From: Solobacterium sp.
Lineage (GTDB): Bacteria > Bacillota_I > Bacilli_A > Erysipelotrichales > Erysipelotrichaceae
Direction of reading: 5' to 3'
NCBI GenBank assembly: GCA_017510405.1
Contig: JAFWNG010000033.1
Span: 19,005-83,004, forward strand
DNA length: 64,000 bases
Shown: one piece after another, positions 56,964-64,000 of the stretch
Layout of the letters: each line of letters opens with the position of its first letter
Numbering within the stretch: position 1 is the stretch's first letter
Translations under genes and position numbers: made by a program
Notes under the pieces: model-generated
Databases searched by the model: none
Seen by the model: the letters and a program-made list of their open reading frames with translations, nothing else
Told to the model about the DNA's origin: nothing

Positions 56964-57976
56964 AGACTGAGATATTCGGTACACTGGGACCGGCCTGTGA
57001 CAGCACGGATCTCCTGTATGAAATGTTCCGGCGCGGCATGACCGGCATGCGTCTGAACCTGTCCCATACGTCTCTGCAGGAAAGCAGGGACAGCATTGCC
57101 CGCTTCCATGAAGCCGCTCAGCGTGCCGGCAGGCGCGGGGAACTGCTCATTGACATGCAGGGACCGGAACTGCGGGTCGGACGCCTGAAACAGCCGCTGC
57201 AGCTGAAAGACGGCGACAACGTGCATCTTGCCATAGATGCCGGCATTCCAATACCGGAAAGCGTGCTGAACGCACTGGAAGCCGGTGACATCCTGCTGTT
57301 TGACGACGGCCGTCTGGAAGTGAAAATACGTTCCTGCACGGAACAGGGCGCTGAAGCGGTCGTGGAGCGGGGCGGTCAACTGAAAGGCCGCAAGAGCGTC
57401 AAGATCGTGAATAAAACGGTCAGCGGACCGGTGCTGACGGAACAGGATATTGCCAATATCCGCCAGGCCAGGGAATACGGCGTAACGGCACTGATGCAGC
57501 CGTTTGTACATGACGGCAGCCAGCTTCAGTATGTACGCAGCGTACTGGATGAAGAGGGCTGCAGGGACATCCGCATCTTTGCCAAGATCGAAGACCGTAC
57601 GGGCATGGAACATCTCGAAGAGATCGTGCCGTATGCCGATATGATCGTGATCGCCCGCGGTGATCTCGGCAATGATATGCCGCTGTGGGAACTGCCCGCT
57701 GCCTGCCGCCGGATCGAATCGGTATGCCGGCAGTACGGAAGACCGTTCCTGACGGTCACCCAGATGCTTTACACAATGATCGAATCCCCGGTGCCTACGC
57801 GGGCCGAGGTCAGCGATATATTCCATGCGGTGCTGGAAGGCGCTTCCGCCGTCATGGTCACAAATGAGACCGCAGCCGGAAAGTTCCCGGCAGAAGTCAT
57901 ACGCTATCTTGCAAATACCGCCGAGAGCGCGGAAACAGTCCGGAAGGAGGAAGAACATGCAGGTCAATCTATATGA
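56960..57976 (+). CDS. Short pyruvate kinase-like protein lacking the C-terminal allosteric domain
   Basis: TLGPA, RLNLSH, D..GPELR, AKIE, ARGDLG, TQML..M...P.PTRAEVSD; only 338 aa. Confidence 0.85.
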   Translation: MKTEIFGTLGPACDSTDLLYEMFRRGMTGMRLNLSHTSLQESRDSIARFHEAAQRAGRRGELLIDMQGPELRVGRLKQPLQLKDGDNVHLAIDAGIPIPESVLNALEAGDILLFDDGRLEVKIRSCTEQGAEAVVERGGQLKGRKSVKIVNKTVSGPVLTEQDIANIRQAREYGVTALMQPFVHDGSQLQYVRSVLDEEGCRDIRIFAKIEDRTGMEHLEEIVPYADMIVIARGDLGNDMPLWELPAACRRIESVCRQYGRPFLTVTQMLYTMIESPVPTRAEVSDIFHAVLEGASAVMVTNETAAGKFPAEVIRYLANTAESAETVRKEEEHAGQSI

Positions 57977-58943
57977 TGTTATCGATGCACTGGAAAACAA
58001 TATCGAGGGTAATGAATGGTATTACTACATTCCCGCCCAGAAGATCATCGGCAGGAACAGCGACGGATTCTACGGGGAGGGCATCGCCAAGGAACTCCCA
58101 ATGAAAGACGTCATCGCGCTGCCGGATCACCGTGCCGTCAATGATTACGGAAACATGGAACGGTTCATCGAATACGAAGTGAAAGGCGAAGCACAGGAAT
58201 GGCTGCGCAACAGCATCCGGGGACGCGGAGCGTTCCGCCGTTTCCGCGGCACTCTGGAACGGTTCCTTCTGACGGAAGACTGGTACGATTATCTGTTTGA
58301 ATGCCACCGCAACACAGCGATCGACTGGTGCGAACAGAACGGCATCGTCTATACCGAAGAAGAACCGGAGGAACCGGAAGACGACTATTACGATGAGGAC
58401 GAAGGGTATGAGGAGGAACCGCAGCCGGCGCCGCGGCAGACGATCGTACGCACAGAGCCTCTCCGCGTCGTGCAGGTCACAGAGCAGAATCTTCTCAATG
58501 TCGTTTTCCCGGCTGCAAAGTTCGCGGTATTCCTCGGCCGGCTGACCGGCAGAAAGATCAAGGAAGATACCGATCTTGCCGAAGAACATCTCCGTGAAGC
58601 GCTCGATGACGGAAAGGCAGTCTATGCCGTCAGTGACCGCGGACGCTTCGTGGCATACTGCGTGCTGTCCCTCAGCCGCAGCGGCATCACGGTGGAAGAA
58701 CTGTATACTGTTGAGAACTTCCGCCGCCGCACAGCCGCCACACTGCTTCTGAAAAAGGCAGAGGAACTGGCAGAAGAGGAAGAGGTTCCCGGCGTTCGTT
58801 TCCTGATCCTGCCGCAGAATACGGAAATGACAGCTTTCCTCGCGGCAAACGGCTACCGGACACTGAAGCACATTGAGATCGTAAAGGACACCGGTACGGA
58901 TCAGAAGATCACAGTCGGTGACAGCGAGTATTATTCCTTCTGA
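57957..58943 (+). CDS. UPF0158-like domain fused to GNAT acetyltransferase
   Basis: L..SIRGRGAFRRFR...W N-domain; acidic linker; LYTVENFRRRTAAT GNAT motif A. Confidence 0.7.
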   Translation: MQVNLYDVIDALENNIEGNEWYYYIPAQKIIGRNSDGFYGEGIAKELPMKDVIALPDHRAVNDYGNMERFIEYEVKGEAQEWLRNSIRGRGAFRRFRGTLERFLLTEDWYDYLFECHRNTAIDWCEQNGIVYTEEEPEEPEDDYYDEDEGYEEEPQPAPRQTIVRTEPLRVVQVTEQNLLNVVFPAAKFAVFLGRLTGRKIKEDTDLAEEHLREALDDGKAVYAVSDRGRFVAYCVLSLSRSGITVEELYTVENFRRRTAATLLLKKAEELAEEEEVPGVRFLILPQNTEMTAFLAANGYRTLKHIEIVKDTGTDQKITVGDSEYYSF

Positions 58944-58947
58944 CTTC

Positions 58948-59072
58948 TGGACAGGGATGTACGGAATACAGTATAATCTTACTGACATCTGAATACGCGC
59001 ACACAGAAAGAAAAGCAGAAAGACAGACCCCGGAGCGTACGCAGCTCAGCAGTTCTGTTTTCTGCTTTTTTC
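58948..59072 (+). other. Promoter plus long hairpin (candidate sRNA or structured leader/terminator)
   Basis: TGGACA-18-TATAAT (58948-58977); stem AAAAGCAGAAA(G)ACAGA/TCTGTTTTCTGCTTTT (59011-59069) with inner GAGC/GCTC hairpin. Confidence 0.45.
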
Positions 59073-59167
59073 ATTTCATGACCGATTTTGTGTGGTTTGA
59101 TTCCCTGTATCGGTCTACATACACTTTCCGTGAGAGGATATTCAGACATCGGCAAGAGGAATCAAAT

Positions 59168-59779
59168 ATGAGTATTTATGGCTATATCCGGGTCAGCTCC
59201 CGGGATCAGAATGAAGACCGTCAGCTGATCGCCCAGAAAGAACTGAATATACCGCTTTCCAATATTTACATCGATAAACAGTCCGGAAAAGATTTTGACC
59301 GTCCCCAGTACCGAAAGCTGATCCGGAAACTGAAAAAAGACGACATCCTGTATGTCAAAAGCATTGACCGTCTCGGCCGGAATTACGAAGAGATCCAGGA
59401 ACAGTGGCGCTACATTACCAAAGAGAAACAGTCTGATATCGTTGTGCTGGATATGCCGCTGCTGGACACAAGGCAGTGCAAGGACCTGCTGGGCACGTTT
59501 ATCAGCGATATCGTTCTGCAGCTGCTTTCCTTCGTGGCGGAGAACGAACGCATCAATATACACACACGCCAGGCAGAGGGGATCGCCGCCGCAAAACTGC
59601 GCGGTGTCCGCTTCGGACGTCCGGAAAAAGACCTTCCCGACCGGTTCGAAGAAGCCTATGCCCTCTGGCTCGGCAATGAATTATCCATGCGCAGGGCAGC
59701 CGACTACTGCGGCATGCCTCTGACAACATTTCGCTCCAAAGTACTGAAACGGAAAGACGGCCGCGGACCGTCTGTCTGA
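59168..59779 (+). CDS. Serine recombinase (resolvase/DNA invertase, Pin/Hin-like)
   Basis: YGYIRVSS (catalytic Ser), DQN.DRQ, SGK.F.RP, SIDRLGRN, ER..I..RQ.EGI..AK..G..FGRP, C-terminal HTH. Confidence 0.95.
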   Translation: MSIYGYIRVSSRDQNEDRQLIAQKELNIPLSNIYIDKQSGKDFDRPQYRKLIRKLKKDDILYVKSIDRLGRNYEEIQEQWRYITKEKQSDIVVLDMPLLDTRQCKDLLGTFISDIVLQLLSFVAENERINIHTRQAEGIAAAKLRGVRFGRPEKDLPDRFEEAYALWLGNELSMRRAADYCGMPLTTFRSKVLKRKDGRGPSV

Positions 59780-59784
59780 TTCGT

Positions 59785-59952
59785 AAAGTGTACGTTTCCG
59801 CATGAGCCTCCGTTCCGGCTGTGTTTTTTCATCATATCACAGTTGTTTTCGACATGTTCCGAAGCAAGAAAAAAAGCGGGATCTTTCCGGCTTCAGACAG
59901 GTTTTATCACAGGAGTTGTTGAGAGGATATCCTTATCGGAAACGTACACTTT
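59785..59952. mobile_element. Candidate invertible DNA segment bounded by perfect 16-bp inverted repeats
   Basis: AAAGTGTACGTTTCCG (59785-59800) and CGGAAACGTACACTTT (59937-59952); 5 nt downstream of the recombinase stop; internal TGTGATATGAT on the minus strand (59831-59841). Confidence 0.75.
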
Positions 59953-59997
59953 CCCGATCACCTCCCCGTACGGTGCCGTGGACAGAGGTGGTCTATC

Positions 59998-60600
59998 ATG
60001 ATAACAGAGGAAAAGAGCAGAGGCTTCCGGCTCTGCATATGCAGGGAATGCTTCAATTACTATCTGCAGAGACCGGCATGCGAAGGAAGAGATATCCTGT
60101 ATGAAGCATACGGGAAACTGAAGGACAGTGAGGAAGTATCGCTGAAGGTGACTTCACCGGCAGAGGAAAGATACCGGTATGACGCATCCAATGCATATGA
60201 AGCAGAACATATACTGACACTTACAGCGCAGCGTTTTCGCCGAAGCAGGAACGGGAATGAAGTAATCACACGACTGCACTTCCGCCGCGGGGATGCTTAT
60301 GAGAAGACAGCCGTAACAGACAGGGACTGTCCGTACTGCGGCAGTGATCTCAGGCAGTATGTTTCAGAGAAAGACAGACACACAGAAGAAGCTGTGATAC
60401 GGGCTTCCGACATGTACCGGAAAGCGGTACAGAAGCAGTATGACAGCAGGAAAGAAACCAGTACAGAACCGGATACGGCGCTGCGGACAGCGTATGCATA
60501 CCGGGATGACGTAAGAAGCGGTCTGGCTGAAAAATGGGCCGCATACATGATAACGGAAGATCCTGCATTCTGCCCGTACCGGCAGGATCAGGAAGAATAA
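59998..60600 (+). CDS. Hypothetical protein with two CxxC motifs
   Basis: GAGGTGG RBS; CREC near the N-terminus and CPYC mid-protein. Confidence 0.7.
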   Translation: MITEEKSRGFRLCICRECFNYYLQRPACEGRDILYEAYGKLKDSEEVSLKVTSPAEERYRYDASNAYEAEHILTLTAQRFRRSRNGNEVITRLHFRRGDAYEKTAVTDRDCPYCGSDLRQYVSEKDRHTEEAVIRASDMYRKAVQKQYDSRKETSTEPDTALRTAYAYRDDVRSGLAEKWAAYMITEDPAFCPYRQDQEE

Positions 60601-60672
60601 AGAAGGAGGAAGAAGATGACAGTTGTTCTTGACGGATTATAGCAGCCTGCATAAGGCAGAAAGGAAACTGCT

Positions 60673-61224
60673 GTGAAAAAAGATCCGAAAAGAAACTACG
60701 AAGTCTATGTGTTCGAAGACGGGGAATTCCGCCTTTTCCGCAGGTGCGGATACGAGGCGGATCTGATCCGTCTGATCGCCCGCTATGATGATCCGGGATC
60801 CAATGGGATATATGAAAACCGATTTCTGGACGATTACAACATGACCGGAAATGATCGTGACCGGAAAGGCGGTATCCGCCGTTACCGTGTGCTGGACGGC
60901 ACCGGACATCCGGTGGATGTACGCAGATGGGAACAGAAGATCCGCAGCGAGACCGGAAGAATGTACGCGCGGTACGGGGACAGATGTGCCTACCGTCATC
61001 GGAACGATCCTGCGCCGCACACAGGCGGATGGAGCGGAACCAGATATTTCCGTCGTGTACGCTGCTGGGCAAATGCCTACCGCCAGGACCGTATTCCGGA
61101 GTATCGCCGCTATGTCCGCAAAAAGGGCATGGTTCCGAATGCGTGGGATACCGAACCGTTCCGTCCGTACAGCCGCAGCTGGAAGGACTGCACAAAGAAA
61201 CGCCGTCAGTGGGAACGGAAGTAA
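60673..61224 (+). CDS. Basic Arg/Trp-rich hypothetical protein
   Basis: GTG start with AAGGA RBS; C-terminal P.P.TG...VR.K...P.AWD...RSWK...KKRRQW; followed by terminator. Confidence 0.7.
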   Translation: MKKDPKRNYEVYVFEDGEFRLFRRCGYEADLIRLIARYDDPGSNGIYENRFLDDYNMTGNDRDRKGGIRRYRVLDGTGHPVDVRRWEQKIRSETGRMYARYGDRCAYRHRNDPAPHTGGWSGTRYFRRVRCWANAYRQDRIPEYRRYVRKKGMVPNAWDTEPFRPYSRSWKDCTKKRRQWERK

Positions 61225-61225
61225 G

Positions 61226-61248
61226 ACAGGAAACGATTCCTGTTTTTT
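61226..61248 (+). terminator. Terminator closing the two-gene unit
   Basis: ACAGGAA-ACGA-TTCCTGT-TTTTT. Confidence 0.8.
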
Positions 61249-61302
61249 CTTTTTGCAGGCAGGAGGGAACAGGGCAGTGTGAAAATGTGATAGGCTAGAG
61301 GC

Positions 61303-62136
61303 ATGGCAGTAATTATCGCGACGATCGCTACAGTGCTGCTGGCTTTCTACGGCGTGCTGTACAGCCTTCTGGCATATAATATGCGTTTTCATGACTGGAT
61401 CGCGGAATATATGACGGATAAGGCAAATGTCAGAAATATGAAAGAAGAACGGGAACTGCAGGGCAGGCGTTTTTATGTGCCGCGGAAAAACAAGCGGGAC
61501 GTACGCGTCAATCTGTATGAATACGAACAGGAAAAGCCTGTGCCGATGCTGTTTGTCGCCCATGACAGCAGTTTTACCGACGGCGACGCGGACGATATCG
61601 ACGAGCTGTGCGCTGCTCTGCGGGATGAGCTGCATGTGACAGTCATCAGTATCAATTATTCCAAACTGGCCGTACATGTTTCGACCTATCCGCAGGATGA
61701 GATCCAGGATACGGTTCTGTATTTTGTTCTTCATGCCGGGGAGTTCCATCTGGATCCGGACCGGTATGTGCTGGCCGGAGCCGGTGCCGGAGGGTATCTC
61801 ACAATGATCGCAGGCGTTGCCATGACGCAGAAAAGCCTGTTTCCCAACGGCTTTATCCTCATCAATCCGTATCTCGATTACGTCGCGCTGAGTTTTGCCC
61901 AGGTGGAGATCCATCCGGGACCGCTGGCACTGGTATTTACCGGTGAACCGGACGCGAAGCAGGAAGAATATGAATATGACCTGGATCATACTGATCTGGT
62001 GATCAATATACGAAGATACCGGAATGCCCCGCGTGATTTCCTGCGCATTCCGGACTGTGATGAACGCAGACACTTTATTCACTGGATCCGGGATGAACTG
62101 GATTACTTCTACAGCAGGGAAAGGACAGGCAAATGA
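61303..62136 (+). CDS. Membrane-anchored alpha/beta hydrolase-fold protein, nucleophile apparently missing
   Basis: N-terminal TM; HSL-like layout but AHDSSF replaces HGGGF and GAGAGG replaces GDSAGG. Confidence 0.65.
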   Translation: MAVIIATIATVLLAFYGVLYSLLAYNMRFHDWIAEYMTDKANVRNMKEERELQGRRFYVPRKNKRDVRVNLYEYEQEKPVPMLFVAHDSSFTDGDADDIDELCAALRDELHVTVISINYSKLAVHVSTYPQDEIQDTVLYFVLHAGEFHLDPDRYVLAGAGAGGYLTMIAGVAMTQKSLFPNGFILINPYLDYVALSFAQVEIHPGPLALVFTGEPDAKQEEYEYDLDHTDLVINIRRYRNAPRDFLRIPDCDERRHFIHWIRDELDYFYSRERTGK

Positions 62137-64000
62137 GAACGACATCGATACAGGATATTGCAAAGATCCGGTGCGCAAACCGGATCCTGCTGAACGAAGC
62201 GGAGACGCTTGCGGCGTACTGTGTATTCGAACCGGATGAAAAGACGGGCGGCTATCAGAAAACGGTGTGGCTGGCGGATATGGCGACCTATGCCGTCAAA
62301 CAGCTGACACAGCAGGGGAATGACGGCTGGTTTATCTGGGATGACAATGAGACGCTTCTGCTGAACGGTTTCCGCGGGAAAGAAAAAGAAAAGAACAGCA
62401 CGGTGTACTACCGGATGCCGGTCAACGGCGGCGAACCGAAGCAGGCATTTACGATCCCGCTCAATGTCACGGAGATGAAGAAGCTGTCTGCCGGAAGATA
62501 CATCGTACGGGCACTGGAAAAACCGGAAGAGGAAGAGAATGTGCATGTATTTGAAGAAGCGCCGTTCTGGACGGACGGCTCCGGTTTTACAGCGGGAAAC
62601 CGCAGCCATCTCTATGTATACGAGGAAAGCGGCGGCATCCTGACCAGGATCACCGACGGAAACTGTGACGTGGGATATTTCACCGTGCAGAACGGACAGG
62701 CAGCGTTCATCGCGTGCACATGGCAGAACGTACAGCCGGAGACGAACGGTCTGTACCTGTATGACGATGCGGCAGGCATCGTGCATACGGTCCGGAAAGA
62801 GGGAGAGGTGCACATTGCCCAGGTGACATTCTGCGGAAAAGATCTGGTCTATACTGCGAGTGATCTGAAAAAGTGGGGAACCGGACAGCTTCATGACTTC
62901 TGGATCTGGTATGCGGAAAACGAAGAGAATGTACTGTTTGCGAAGAATGACCAGGAGATCGCAATCGGAGATACGCCGTATTCGGATACCATACGGATGG
63001 GCGGAACGATGTTCCGGGCAGCCGGAAGGATCGTGTACTTCACCGGCATGCGCGGCTTTACGACCGGCGTCTGGTCACTGGATCCGTACGGCAATATCCG
63101 GCGCATGCTGGAGGTGCCGCAGGGCGTGATCAGCTGCTTTGATGCCGGCGATTCCGCTTTTGTGTTCATTGCGGCGGAACCGGGACGCACCCAGGCTGTA
63201 TATACTGTCGATGAGACCGACACGGTCTACTGCATCGACGACCTGAACAAAGAGTATCTGGAAGAGACCGTGGTCTCCCCGCCGGAATATGTTCCGTTTG
63301 AATCGGAAGACGGCAGTACCGTGGACGGCTGGGTCATCTATCCGGCGGATTACGAGGAAGGGAAACAGTATCCCGGCATTCTGGAGATCCATGGCGGACC
63401 GCGCGGTGCGTACGGGACGGTGTACTATCACGAGATGCAGTCGATGGCCGCAGCCGGATACTTTGTCTTCTACTGCAATCCCCACGGATCGGAAGGGTAT
63501 GGCGAACGCTTTGCCGATCTGCGCGGCAAATACGGAGAGATCGATTACCGGGATCTGATGACGTTTACGGATCATGTGCTGGAACAGTATCCGATGATCG
63601 ATCCGAAGCGGATCTGTGCCAGCGGCGGTTCCTACGGCGGCTTTATGTGCAACTGGATCGAAGGACATACCGACCGCTTTGCGGCGATCGCAGCGCAGCG
63701 TTCTGTTTCCAACTGGGTGTCGGATATGGGTACGAGCCAGATCGGACTGTCCTTTGATATGAATGAAATGGGCACAGACCCATGGAAAGACGCAGGGGAA
63801 TACTGGCGTGCCTCGCCGCTCAGATACGCGGATCAGGCATCCACGCCGCTGCTTCTGCTGCATTCCACCGGGGACTACAACTGCTTCATCGACCAGGCTG
63901 CGCAGATGTTCTCAGCGATGAAATACCACGGCGTGCCGGCCCGCATGGTCGTCTTTGACGGAGAAAGCCATGCGCTCTCCCGCAGCGGCAGTGTACCGCT
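62133..64000 (+). CDS. S9 (acylaminoacyl/prolyl oligopeptidase family) peptidase, 3'-truncated by window edge
   Basis: Open frame from ATG 62133 to the window end (absent from the ORF track because it has no stop); EIHGGP, NPHGSEGYG, GGSYGG nucleophile, DYNC, GESHALSRSG. Confidence 0.93.
   Translation, partial: MRTTSIQDIAKIRCANRILLNEAETLAAYCVFEPDEKTGGYQKTVWLADMATYAVKQLTQQGNDGWFIWDDNETLLLNGFRGKEKEKNSTVYYRMPVNGGEPKQAFTIPLNVTEMKKLSAGRYIVRALEKPEEEENVHVFEEAPFWTDGSGFTAGNRSHLYVYEESGGILTRITDGNCDVGYFTVQNGQAAFIACTWQNVQPETNGLYLYDDAAGIVHTVRKEGEVHIAQVTFCGKDLVYTASDLKKWGTGQLHDFWIWYAENEENVLFAKNDQEIAIGDTPYSDTIRMGGTMFRAAGRIVYFTGMRGFTTGVWSLDPYGNIRRMLEVPQGVISCFDAGDSAFVFIAAEPGRTQAVYTVDETDTVYCIDDLNKEYLEETVVSPPEYVPFESEDGSTVDGWVIYPADYEEGKQYPGILEIHGGPRGAYGTVYYHEMQSMAAAGYFVFYCNPHGSEGYGERFADLRGKYGEIDYRDLMTFTDHVLEQYPMIDPKRICASGGSYGGFMCNWIEGHTDRFAAIAAQRSVSNWVSDMGTSQIGLSFDMNEMGTDPWKDAGEYWRASPLRYADQASTPLLLLHSTGDYNCFIDQAAQMFSAMKYHGVPARMVVFDGESHALSRSGSVP

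Noticed and set aside
59006-59072. SRP (4.5S) RNA call for the long hairpin
   Set aside because: Has AGCAG but lacks the CAGG...GNRA...AGCAG helix-8 signature
59785-59952. MITE or IS remnant interpretation of the inverted repeats
   Set aside because: No target-site duplication or transposase; hix-like geometry and the adjacent serine recombinase fit better, although a res site is not excluded
62109-63863. Minus-strand ORFs, or an apparent gene-free or frameshifted zone at the right end
   Set aside because: A single uninterrupted plus-strand S9 peptidase frame runs from 62133 to the edge and was omitted from the track only because it lacks a stop

Overview
A 64-kb chromosomal segment of a GC-rich Bacillota genome. 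An Erysipelotrichaceae (Solobacterium/Bulleidia-like) origin is my inference from gene content and style, not a database result. It is mostly housekeeping: carB 3' end; sepF-ylmH-divIVA-(T-box)-ileS; SAM-I riboswitch-metK; type III glnA; pgi; a Trk/Ktr K+ transporter coupled to KdpDE; an EF-G paralog behind an ankyrin gene; cdaA-cdaR-glmM; a two-component system; a MurF-like ligase; four tRNAs; and an S9 peptidase running off the right end. The most striking accessory feature is at 59.1-61.2 kb. A Hin/Pin-type serine recombinase is followed by a 168-bp segment bounded by perfect 16-bp inverted repeats with hix-like geometry. The segment holds an extended -10 promoter currently pointing away from two uncharacterised genes, so it is a candidate phase-variation switch. 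Other highlights: a promoter/32-aa ORF/terminator unit that may attenuate the ankyrin-EF-G2 operon, a nuclease-helicase (Nhi-like) candidate defence gene, a GDPD-lysophospholipase fusion, a P4-less SAM-I riboswitch, a CdaA with a ~225-aa tail, and a frameshifted phosphatase. No CRISPR array, rRNA or intact IS element was seen. All family assignments come from motif recognition by eye; no searches were run.
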